NCBI GenBank assembly: GCA_963675665.1 | Contig: OY776510.1 | Location: 2,688,001 to 2,752,000, forward strand | Direction: 5' to 3' | DNA: 64,000 nt | Origin: Spirochaetia bacterium | GTDB lineage: Bacteria; Spirochaetota; Spirochaetia; UBA9216 | Part shown: in pieces, positions 19,659-27,968 of the stretch | Position numbering within the stretch: position 1 is the stretch's first letter | How the letters are laid out: each line of letters opens with the position of its first letter | Made by a program: the position numbers and the translations under genes | The notes under the pieces: generated by a model | What the model was told of the DNA's origin: nothing | Seen by the model: only the letters and a program-made list of their open reading frames with translations | Databases searched by the model: none

Positions 19659-21215
19659 ATGGAAGTGAACAGAATGAATGTATATTTGGCAGGAATTGAT
19701 ATAGGAACTACAGGTTCAAAAGCCATGGTTTTTGATAAAACAGGCGAAGTGCTGGGAACAGCCTACCTGGAGTATCCCTGTACCTACCCGAAGCCGGGCT
19801 GGGTTGAGCAGGATCCTGATTTGCTTGTTGATTCAGCCATGAAGGCGATGAAACAGGCTGTTGAAAGATCCGCTGTAAGCGCTGCAGATATAGTATCGGT
19901 TTCACTTTCAGCCCAGAGATGTTGCGGAATATTTCTTGATGAAAACGAAAGGCTCCTGCGCCCGATGATATCATGGCAGGATAACCGGACGCCGGCTGAA
20001 GCGGAAGATATTGCCTCAAAGATATCTCCGGAAGAATACTACAGCATTACCGGGTATCCAAACAGCACTACCTGGCTGCTATCCAAGATGCTTTGGGTCC
20101 GTAAGAACGAACCCGGTTTATGGTCAAAAACTTCGAAGATTGTACAGATGCACGATTATTTTCTTCGTGCTCTTGGTGTGGATGATTATTTTATCGATAC
20201 GAACGATGCAGGTTTTTTCGGTGTTTATGATAATATCAGGCATGAATGGAATGACAGGCTGCTTGATATGTTTGATATTGATAAGAGCATTCTGCCCGTT
20301 CCCGCAAAATCAGGAACCCGGGTCGGTTATGTTTCCGAAGCTGCCTCCGCTAAATGCGGTCTGGCAGCCGGCACCTCAATAAGCGTAGGGGCCGGAGATC
20401 AGAGTGCCGGAGCGGTAGGGGCAGGGGTAGTCAGAAAGGGGGTGCTGTCTGTTTCAATGGGAACTGCAGGTGCGGTTACGGCATTTATTGATAAACCGTT
20501 CAGGGATCCGAACTGTAAAAGCCTTGCTACTGCACATCCTGTAGACGGGTGCTGGTTACTGGAAGGCTACCAGGCCGCAGCCGCAAGTGTTTACCGATGG
20601 TTTCGCGATGAACTGGGCGCGGCCGAACAGCTTGAAGCGGAAAAATCGGGTAAAGATTTTTTTGAAATAATGAATGAGAAGATTGCCAAGATACCTGCCG
20701 GTTCAAACGGTTTGTTGATGATGCCTTATTTTGCAAGCGCCGGAACGCCGAGATACAACTCCTCGGCCCGCGGAACTGTAATAGGCCTGACCTTTGCACA
20801 TACCCGCATCGAACTGGCCAGGGCTTTTATGGAAGGTATTACAATGGACATGCGCGATATGTTGAATGCCATGTCTGATGCCGGAGTTGATATCAGGCAA
20901 GCAAGAATACTTGGCGGTCCGACAAAATCCGATGTTTGGAACCAGATGCAGGCGGATATATACGGCATTCCTGTTGATACGCTGAAAGTAGGCGATGCGA
21001 CCGTTTTGGGCGCTGCTGTACTGGGAGGAACCGGCGCCGGTGTGTTTTCTTCCGTAGAAGAAGGAGCAGACGCAATGGTTTCACTTGAAAATAGATATTA
21101 TCCTGATGAGAAGAAACACGCACTTTATACCAGGCTTTATGATATTTACTGCAAAGCTTATGAAGGACTGGAGCATAGCGGCGTTTTTAAATCATTAGCT
21201 GAAATGCAGGCATAG
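19659..21215 (+). CDS. FGGY-family carbohydrate kinase (xylulokinase-like)
   Basis: 'GIDIGTTGSKA', 'WVEQDP', 'WQDNR', 'GAGDQ', 'GTA'. Confidence 0.9.
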   Translation: MEVNRMNVYLAGIDIGTTGSKAMVFDKTGEVLGTAYLEYPCTYPKPGWVEQDPDLLVDSAMKAMKQAVERSAVSAADIVSVSLSAQRCCGIFLDENERLLRPMISWQDNRTPAEAEDIASKISPEEYYSITGYPNSTTWLLSKMLWVRKNEPGLWSKTSKIVQMHDYFLRALGVDDYFIDTNDAGFFGVYDNIRHEWNDRLLDMFDIDKSILPVPAKSGTRVGYVSEAASAKCGLAAGTSISVGAGDQSAGAVGAGVVRKGVLSVSMGTAGAVTAFIDKPFRDPNCKSLATAHPVDGCWLLEGYQAAAASVYRWFRDELGAAEQLEAEKSGKDFFEIMNEKIAKIPAGSNGLLMMPYFASAGTPRYNSSARGTVIGLTFAHTRIELARAFMEGITMDMRDMLNAMSDAGVDIRQARILGGPTKSDVWNQMQADIYGIPVDTLKVGDATVLGAAVLGGTGAGVFSSVEEGADAMVSLENRYYPDEKKHALYTRLYDIYCKAYEGLEHSGVFKSLAEMQA

Positions 21216-21220
21216 TTTTT

Positions 21221-22039
21221 TTGAGTACGGCAGTTGAAAGATACATTATTCCGAACATCGCACGCGCTCTGAAAATCCTTGACTTTCTGTCAAAGTGCAA
21301 AGAAGGCGAGACAATTTCCGGTATTGCACAGAATTTTGGAATTCCGGTAAACAGTACCTTCCGAATAATCAAAAGTCTTGAAGTATATGGATATGTTGAG
21401 GAAGCCGGACACAGATATTTTACGACTCCGCGTCTTTTATACCTGGGTTATGCCGGGTTGAACCAGAAAGGTCTGATTCAGAATTCGATCAGCATGATGC
21501 GCAAGTTGAGAGATGATATTAATGAAACTGTTTTGCTTGGTACCATGGTTGCCAACGAAATTGTAATAATCGAGCAACTGCCGTCATTTGAATTTATAAA
21601 ATTTACAATTGAGATAGGTCACAGGGTTCCTGTTCATGCTTCGGCACCCGGGAAAGCAGTTCTTGCATTTATGCCCGGGAAGGAAAGAATATCTGTTCTG
21701 GAGCATTTAAACTATGAACGTTTTAATGATAACACCATTCCCTGTAAAAATGATATGCTTGATGAAATTGATGAAATTCTGGAAAAAGGATATGCAATTG
21801 ATAAGGGTGAAGAGATTACGGGGATAATCTGTATTGCTGCGCCGATACTTGATTATCGTAATTATCCTGTTGCTTCCGTCTGGACAACAGGTCCTGATTT
21901 CAGAATAAACAAAAAGGGAATAGATAAGATCGCAGAAAACGTTGTGCAGACTGCAATTGAAATATCCGGATGTATGGGATTAAATGAAAATGCTAAAAAA
22001 AGAAGCAGTCTGTACAGTAAAAAGCTCTACAGCATATAA
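21221..22039 (+). CDS. IclR-family regulator (paralog 1)
   Basis: N-terminal wHTH 'IARALKIL'; 'HASAPGKAVLA'; 'ICIAAPI'. Confidence 0.9.
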   Translation: MSTAVERYIIPNIARALKILDFLSKCKEGETISGIAQNFGIPVNSTFRIIKSLEVYGYVEEAGHRYFTTPRLLYLGYAGLNQKGLIQNSISMMRKLRDDINETVLLGTMVANEIVIIEQLPSFEFIKFTIEIGHRVPVHASAPGKAVLAFMPGKERISVLEHLNYERFNDNTIPCKNDMLDEIDEILEKGYAIDKGEEITGIICIAAPILDYRNYPVASVWTTGPDFRINKKGIDKIAENVVQTAIEISGCMGLNENAKKRSSLYSKKLYSI

Positions 22040-22098
22040 TTTAATGTTTAAAAACCTTATTGACTTTATCGATTTGTAACAGGATAATATCATCTATT

Positions 22099-22893
22099 AT
22101 GGATAATTTTGAACGGGACAGAGAAAAAAATAAATATCTCATTCCAAATATAGCACGGGCACTGAAAATAATTGAATATTTGGCAAAAGATAAACAGGAA
22201 GCCAGTATTACAGAGATATCGGACGACTTTAAATATCCGAAGAATTCGGTGTTTCGTATATTAAACACTCTCCAGTATTATGGTTATGTTGAAGAACACA
22301 ACAGAAAATATAAAGCAACCCCCAGGCTTCTGTACCTGGGGTATGCCGGAATGCGTAATAACGGTATAACAGAGAATTCGATCGATATTATGCATGCCAT
22401 AAGGGATGAGCTCAACGAAACTGTAATGCTGGGTACCCTGTTGGGAAACGAAGTAGTAATTATAGAACAGCTGCCTTCATTTCAGTATATAAAGTTTACT
22501 ACTGAAATCGGACACAGGGTAAATATACATACATCAGCTCCCGGAAAGAGTATTTCAGCTTTCCTTCCGGAACACGAGAAAAATGATCTTATAAGTCATA
22601 TTACCTTTACACGTTACACAAACGGTACAATCCCGAGCCAAAGCGCAATGATGAAAGAGCTTGAAAAGGTCAAAGCATCCGGTTATGCGGTAGATAACGG
22701 AGAAGAGGTCCCGGAGGTCCATTGTGTCGGTGCGCCGATTTTTGACTATCGTAATTATCCTATAGCATCAGTTTGGGTGTCGGGTCCGGCCTTCAGGCTT
22801 GATGCGGAAAAGCAGGCAATGTTCGGTGAAAGAATTAGAGAATATGCAATGCAGATTTCGCGCAGATTTGGTTATGATCCTGTATTAGGCTGA
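22099..22893 (+). CDS. IclR-family regulator (paralog 2)
   Basis: 'IARALKII', 'HTSAPGK', 'HCVGAPI'; own promoter TTGACT-N17-GATAAT from 22060. Confidence 0.9.
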   Translation: MDNFERDREKNKYLIPNIARALKIIEYLAKDKQEASITEISDDFKYPKNSVFRILNTLQYYGYVEEHNRKYKATPRLLYLGYAGMRNNGITENSIDIMHAIRDELNETVMLGTLLGNEVVIIEQLPSFQYIKFTTEIGHRVNIHTSAPGKSISAFLPEHEKNDLISHITFTRYTNGTIPSQSAMMKELEKVKASGYAVDNGEEVPEVHCVGAPIFDYRNYPIASVWVSGPAFRLDAEKQAMFGERIREYAMQISRRFGYDPVLG

Positions 22894-22903
22894 GGGAAAC
22901 GGA

Positions 22904-23437
22904 ATGAAAACAGAACAGGATATCAGGGATGAAGTTGTTATTTCAGTAGCACATAAAATGCTTGTTGCTGCCAAAACTGCGCCGAAGGGCAAGGGCGTGG
23001 ATAATATAAAAGCGGCCGTGCTCACAGGTGATGAAATAAAAAATATTTCAGACCACCTTTACCGTATGGAAAAAGAGGGCAGAGCCCCGGATTATTTTGC
23101 AAGAGACGCAGGTAATCTGCTGAAAGCATCAGCGTTGTTCATAATCGGAACAAGGATTGAGGCGTTAGGCGTGTCTCCATGCGGCAACTGCGGCTTTAAA
23201 AACTGCGCGGAAAAGAACAGGCATCCCGACACACCATGCTCGTTCAACACAGGAGACCTCGGAATTGCGATTGGTTCCGCTGTCAGCGTAGCAATGGATA
23301 ACCGTATAGACAACAGGGTTATGTTTACGGTTGGAATTGCCGCCAGAGAAATGGGGCTTTTAGGGAAGGATGTGAAAGTAATCTACGGAATCCCGCTGGC
23401 TTCCGAATCAAAGAACCCGTTTTTTGATCGCAAATAG
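22904..23437 (+). CDS. DUF2148 ferredoxin-domain protein
   Basis: 'AKTAPKGKG', 'CGNCGFKNC', 'DLGIAIGSA', 'DNRVMF', 'KNPFFDR'. Confidence 0.85.
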   Translation: MKTEQDIRDEVVISVAHKMLVAAKTAPKGKGVDNIKAAVLTGDEIKNISDHLYRMEKEGRAPDYFARDAGNLLKASALFIIGTRIEALGVSPCGNCGFKNCAEKNRHPDTPCSFNTGDLGIAIGSAVSVAMDNRIDNRVMFTVGIAAREMGLLGKDVKVIYGIPLASESKNPFFDRK

Positions 23438-23449
23438 CAGTCCTGCTTT

Positions 23450-24517
23450 TTAACAGTCAGGGTCCTCTTCCATTTCCGAATTTAGATTGAGTGCAAGATC
23501 AAAAACATCTTTTTCCTTATTCAGAAGTTTTTCCATATACATTTTCTGGTCTACGAAATGGAGTATTTCTTCATAATTTTCATCATCAGCCTGATGAATG
23601 CCGATGCTTAAGCCGGTATTATATTGTTTGAGTTCTTCATCGTTACGGAGGTTGTTTTCAATTCTGGTTTTCAGACGATAAGCATCCTCAGCCGAGGTTG
23701 ACGGCATCAGTATGATAAACTCGTCTCCTCCGTATCTGAAAATAATATCAGCGCTTCTTGCGGATTTTTTCAGGACTGCTGCGGTCTTTTTCAGAACTTT
23801 ATCGCCTGCTACATGCCCGTGAGTATCGTTAACATTTTTAAAATCATCAATATCTATAAACAGCAGGCTTAAATCATCTTTTGTCCGCTTTGTCCGATCC
23901 AATTCTTTTGTGAGATAAAATTGAAAGTATCTCCTGTTATAGACTTCCGTAAGAGGATCTATATTTACAAGTCTTTTAATTCGGGAAGAGTAATATGTTT
24001 TTTCTATCGTTATAGCGGTGAAATCAGTAATTGTTGTCAACAGCTTAAGATCTATGGGAGTAAAATTTATTCCCTCAAGTTTGTTTATCAGCTCTATCAC
24101 TCCGTATACTTTTCCATGACTGATCAGAGGTGCACCAATAATAGATTGAGTTTTAAACCCGGAGTCATCATCATAACTGCTGTCGAATCTTTGATCTTTA
24201 TCTACATCCTCAATGATTAAAGGCATCTTGTTTTCTGCTATCCAGCCGGCAATTCCCCGACCTTTCGGAATAACTTTACCTTTAAGATTGGAAGACGCTT
24301 TGCCTTCAACAATAGTAAATTTCAACTCTCCAGTTTTCGGGTTTCTAAGCATCAAGGACCAGTTTAACGGTGCAAAAATACTTCCGATTTGCTTCATTGT
24401 TTCGGACAAAGTTTCATTCAACGTCATGCAGGATGCCAATGACTTTGCAATATCAGAGAAGAATGATAACTTTACAAAGTCTTCTGTAGTGGTGTTTGTA
24501 AAATTTTCAGCTGTCAT
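23450..24517 (-). CDS. GAF-domain diguanylate cyclase
   Basis: GAF 'GRGIAGWI'; 'DPLTEVYNRR', 'DIDDFKNVND', 'RSADIIFRYGGDEF' (intact active site and RxxD I-site). Confidence 0.93.
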   Translation of the reverse strand: MTAENFTNTTTEDFVKLSFFSDIAKSLASCMTLNETLSETMKQIGSIFAPLNWSLMLRNPKTGELKFTIVEGKASSNLKGKVIPKGRGIAGWIAENKMPLIIEDVDKDQRFDSSYDDDSGFKTQSIIGAPLISHGKVYGVIELINKLEGINFTPIDLKLLTTITDFTAITIEKTYYSSRIKRLVNIDPLTEVYNRRYFQFYLTKELDRTKRTKDDLSLLFIDIDDFKNVNDTHGHVAGDKVLKKTAAVLKKSARSADIIFRYGGDEFIILMPSTSAEDAYRLKTRIENNLRNDEELKQYNTGLSIGIHQADDENYEEILHFVDQKMYMEKLLNKEKDVFDLALNLNSEMEEDPDC

Positions 24518-24580
24518 AAAAGAATTATACTATTTAAGTGAGTTTTAGTCAGTCAAATATGGATGTAACGGATTAAAAAT

Positions 24581-24617
24581 TTGACCGAAATAGACTTTTA
24601 GACTATATTTGTCTAAA
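24581..24617 (+). promoter_or_regulatory. TetR promoter with palindromic operator over the -10
   Basis: TTGACC-N17-TATATT; TTTAGAC-TATATTT-GTCTAAA at 24597-24617. Confidence 0.72.
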
Positions 24618-24620
24618 GAG

Positions 24621-25190
24621 ATGAAAGATTTTATTTATCGGAAAATAATTAAAACCGCAGAAAAACTTTTCAACAGGTTTGGAATATCGAAAACTGCAAT
24701 GAGTGATGTAGCAAAAAATGCTGATGTTTCCAGGGCTACAATATTTAACAATTTCGGAAACAAGGAGGGGCTGCTCAAGGCTGTTCTCGACAGGAAAATT
24801 GCGGAATTCAGAACGGATGTGAAAAATAGCGCGGGGAATGCTAAAAACGTCTCCGAAAGAATTAAGGCTGTGCTTGTCGGCCGTATCAGGCTGATTTCCG
24901 GCATGAAATTTATAACCGACAGACAGATTGCCGGTGAGAATATTAAGATCTCCCTGTTTCTGGAAGAACTGGACCGTGAGTTTATGGATAAAACCAGGGC
25001 GATCCTGAAAAACAGCGAAACTGCCGGTGAAGATTTAAGCAGCCTGCTTAATACAATTTCATTCATGTTGAAAGGAATCGAAAGCGGTATTACTGAAAAG
25101 TTCGATGCACTTTCACTGAGTCAGGTTGAACATGATATCGATTATTTTTTACGGCTTGCAATTCCGGAAGCCGATGAGGATTTGCATTAA
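24621..25190 (+). CDS. TetR/AcrR-family regulator
   Basis: 'AEKLFNRFGISKTAMSDVAKNADVSRATIFNNFGNKEGL'. Confidence 0.9.
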   Translation: MKDFIYRKIIKTAEKLFNRFGISKTAMSDVAKNADVSRATIFNNFGNKEGLLKAVLDRKIAEFRTDVKNSAGNAKNVSERIKAVLVGRIRLISGMKFITDRQIAGENIKISLFLEELDREFMDKTRAILKNSETAGEDLSSLLNTISFMLKGIESGITEKFDALSLSQVEHDIDYFLRLAIPEADEDLH

Positions 25191-25738
25191 TGATCTTTAT
25201 TTTTGAAAAGAGTATTTTCATCTTTTTTGTTTTTTCTTTTACAGGATGGCTTATAGAACTGGTTTTCCGCTCGGTATATGAGCGCCGACCGGTAAATCCG
25301 GGGTTTCATTTTGGACCATGGCTGCCGATATACGGCTTCTGCGGAGTTGTAATCTACCTTGTGGCCGGCAGTTTGTCCGGATATTCGATTCCGCTGAGAA
25401 TGTTGTTCTATTTTATTCTCTGCACATCTGTAGAGTTCTTTGCCGGGTTATTTCTCGAGAAGTGTTTCGGAAAACGGTTCTGGGATTATACTGCCAACCG
25501 GTTCAACTTTATGGGATATATATGTCTAAAATATTCTGCATGCTGGGTTCTTGTAAGCGTAATTGTTGAGTTTTATATTCTGCCTGTTCTCCTGGCCGCC
25601 ATGACGGACATTCCCGATTCTTTTTTATATAAAACGGATATTATACTGCTGTTTTTAATAAGCGCGGATTTTATAATATCAAGCGGTCTGCTGAGTTCCG
25701 ATAAAATACAGCGTTTAAGAAAACTGATAATTAAATGA
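25190..25738 (+). CDS. DUF1113/CmpB (TMEM229-like) membrane protein
   Basis: 'FSFTGWLIE', 'GPWLPIYG', 'WDY', 'GYICL'. Confidence 0.82.
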   Translation: MIFIFEKSIFIFFVFSFTGWLIELVFRSVYERRPVNPGFHFGPWLPIYGFCGVVIYLVAGSLSGYSIPLRMLFYFILCTSVEFFAGLFLEKCFGKRFWDYTANRFNFMGYICLKYSACWVLVSVIVEFYILPVLLAAMTDIPDSFLYKTDIILLFLISADFIISSGLLSSDKIQRLRKLIIK

Positions 25739-26223
25739 AAGTAAGTATCCCTGATTCATATCTTAACTTTCCCGGAATTAAAGAGATCATGAATCATCCC
25801 GAATTTGACTTAATGAAAACTTTTCGTCACCATGGTAGAATCAGTTGTTTTGAACATACATTAAAGGTTACGGAAAGGGCTTTCTGGATGACGGAAAAAA
25901 GCGGAGCCGATATTATTACAACAATCCGGGGCGCACTTTTGCATGATTTTTATCTCTATGACTGGCACGGCGGCGGGCCTTCATGGCACGGTTACCGTCA
26001 TCCTTTCAGAGCATTTCGGGAAGCCTCGGCAAGGTTTGAACTAAACAGGATCGAAAAGGACATTATTATAAAGCATATGTTTCCTTTAACACCCTTTCCG
26101 CCGTTGTATCGGGAATCATGGATTGTCTGCATTGCCGACAAGGCTTCGGCGTTTGAAGACTATTCGGGGGTTATGACGGAATATTTGAAAATGCGGCTTG
26201 TCGGTGAAGCCGCAGCGGATTAA
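25735..26223 (+). CDS. HD-domain phosphohydrolase
   Basis: 'HH...EH', 'ALLHDFYLYDW', 'HMFPL', 'IADK'. Confidence 0.88.
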   Translation: MKVSIPDSYLNFPGIKEIMNHPEFDLMKTFRHHGRISCFEHTLKVTERAFWMTEKSGADIITTIRGALLHDFYLYDWHGGGPSWHGYRHPFRAFREASARFELNRIEKDIIIKHMFPLTPFPPLYRESWIVCIADKASAFEDYSGVMTEYLKMRLVGEAAAD

Positions 26224-26249
26224 AACAACCAATCATTCAGTTGAAATGC

Positions 26250-26720
26250 CTATTTGAATATTTCTTTAAATTTTCCGGCAGCGGCGATGGTTTCCGCATC
26301 AGGATTTTTCCCGGGCCAGACGACTGCACCGTCCGATACGGCTTCCGCACCGGCAGCGCGGGCAAGTTTTGACATTTGGGATAGCGCATGGTTGGCGCCG
26401 GTCCATTTAAAGGGCAGCCCCTTTGTTGTAATGAAAGCAGCTTTTTTACCGTTAAGTCCGCTGAGGGTTTTCATGTAATTATTCATCGGCATTGCAAGGG
26501 AAAATGCCTGTACCGGTGCGGCAAAAACAAGGGCATCATATTTTAGAGCGTCAGGAGCATTGGTTATTTTGATATCAGTCCTGCTTCCGCCGGAATCTCC
26601 GGACGATTCTACTTTCTCGATTGAGCAGTTCAAACCCGCTGAATCCAGTTCGGTTTTCAGTTTTTCACATACTTTCAGGGTGTTTCCGGTCTGTGAATAG
26701 ACAATTATTCCTATATTCAT
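26250..26720 (-). CDS. Flavodoxin-family protein
   Basis: 'IIVYSQTGNT' FMN phosphate loop; SD GAGG. Confidence 0.87.
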   Translation of the reverse strand: MNIGIIVYSQTGNTLKVCEKLKTELDSAGLNCSIEKVESSGDSGGSRTDIKITNAPDALKYDALVFAAPVQAFSLAMPMNNYMKTLSGLNGKKAAFITTKGLPFKWTGANHALSQMSKLARAAGAEAVSDGAVVWPGKNPDAETIAAAGKFKEIFK

Positions 26721-26761
26721 TGTTACCTCTACTTTAGAATATTCCCCGCAGAGATGCGGTT

Positions 26762-26981
26762 TAAAGAAATGAAGTTTGATAGCAACGCTTCAAACTTCAA
26801 ATTGATAAAAATACAAAAGATACGAAGTATCTTAAAGTATCTATTATCAATCCTCCTATCCGGTTATTATAAACCGGAACTCAACAGTAGTGGGATAAAA
26901 TTATAAAGCAGTTTGATGTCTATATTAAAGAAGCTGGGGCACAAGGGAGTCCCCGGTATTAAGCCAAATAATTTGCGATAC
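26762..26981 (-). ncRNA. Candidate structured leader RNA / sRNA upstream of flavodoxin
   Basis: Minus-strand TTGACA-N17-TATAAA (27016-26988), successive hairpins, terminator-like stem 26799-26770 plus UUUCUUU. Confidence 0.5.
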
Positions 26982-27044
26982 AAAACATTTATATAAAGAA
27001 AAATATATATTGTCAAATATTACCGTAGTAGTTATATTTATAGC

Positions 27045-27680
27045 ATGAACGGAAAAAAGAATTATTTAGCATTATTATTTGTTATGATACTAATCGCCGC
27101 AGGGTTCTCAACTGTTTATGCCCGCGGAAACAGTGAAGCCGGACAACCCGAGCCTGTTGAAGTGAAAACAGCCGAAACAGCCGGCAAAGTGAGTACCTCT
27201 TCAGATTATCCTCCGCAGGGATGGGTAACCGATATTCGCGAAGCATACAGAATTGCACAGGCGGATAATAAAAAGATTCTTGTAAATTTCACCGGTTCGG
27301 ACTGGTGTGTATGGTGCAAAAAGCTGCGAGATGAGATTTTTACAACACCTGAATTCACCGCCTACGCTGATAAAAACCTGGTATTGCTCTTTCTGGATTT
27401 CCCGAATGGTATCGATCTTTCAGCGGAACAGGTGCGGCACAACCAGATTATTGCACAGTTGCTGAATGTAAGAGGATATCCTTCAATCTGGCTGCTTGAC
27501 AGTGATCTGAGCGCACTTATGGTGACAGGTTACAGGGAAGGCGGCGCTTCGGAATATATCCGTCATTTAACAGAAGACAGGCCTGATGTTTCGGATGAAG
27601 ATCGCGAGAATTTCAGAAAGGCGTTTGCTGAAGCTATTGAAGCAAATATTGGTCCACTGAAACAGGAAATATCCGGTTGA
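27045..27680 (+). CDS. Exported thioredoxin-family protein
   Basis: Signal peptide; 'FTGSDWCVWCKKL'; cis-Pro 'GYPS'. Confidence 0.9.
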   Translation: MNGKKNYLALLFVMILIAAGFSTVYARGNSEAGQPEPVEVKTAETAGKVSTSSDYPPQGWVTDIREAYRIAQADNKKILVNFTGSDWCVWCKKLRDEIFTTPEFTAYADKNLVLLFLDFPNGIDLSAEQVRHNQIIAQLLNVRGYPSIWLLDSDLSALMVTGYREGGASEYIRHLTEDRPDVSDEDRENFRKAFAEAIEANIGPLKQEISG

Positions 27681-27716
27681 TGAATATTTTGCATATTTTT
27701 ATCAGTACTTTTTGAC

Positions 27717-27742
27717 AGGCCGACAGAGGTTCGGCCTTTTTT
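27717..27742 (+). terminator. Rho-independent terminator of thioredoxin gene
   Basis: AGGCCGA-N7-TCGGCCT then T-run. Confidence 0.85.
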
Positions 27743-27753
27743 ATTCATTGAGA

Positions 27754-27917
27754 CTCTTTCAGACACTCTGAGACTAAAGTCTCTTGAGTTTCTGAAAGAG
27801 CTACCATATTGCAGATGAAGAAAATTTTACAACTCGTTACACTGTCTGCATTTACCTGCAGTTGTAAAATTTTGCTTCAAAGCCACTTTCGAAACCAAAC
27901 GGGTTTTGAAAGTGGCT
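27754..27917. repeat. Array of three long imperfect inverted repeats
   Basis: Hairpins at 27754-27800, 27816-27879 and 27881-27917. Confidence 0.75.
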
Positions 27918-27920
27918 CCA

Positions 27921-27949
27921 TTGACAATATCTTTCCAAGCCTGTAGGTT
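27921..27949 (+). promoter_or_regulatory. Sigma70 promoter of mtnA
   Basis: TTGACA-N17-TAGGTT followed by GGAGG SD. Confidence 0.65.
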
Positions 27950-27968
27950 TTTAACGGAGGACAAGTCA

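Noticed and set aside
26859-26890. CTGTTGAG followed by a hairpin (minus) resembles a hammerhead CUGAUGA core
   Set aside because: Core mismatch and no GAAA after the stem
13201-27680. Selenocysteine or frameshift recoding in redox genes
   Set aside because: Hydrogenase, ferredoxin and thioredoxin motifs are all intact Cys codons in uninterrupted frames
26721-27917. Hairpins flanking the thioredoxin gene as integron attC sites or a CRISPR array
   Set aside because: No RYYYAAC/GTTRRRY boxes, no repeated unit, and no integrase or cas gene in the window
27681-27968. Canonical SAM-I riboswitch or T-box upstream of mtnA (and of metG)
   Set aside because: Consensus elements not seen; promoters lie immediately before both genes
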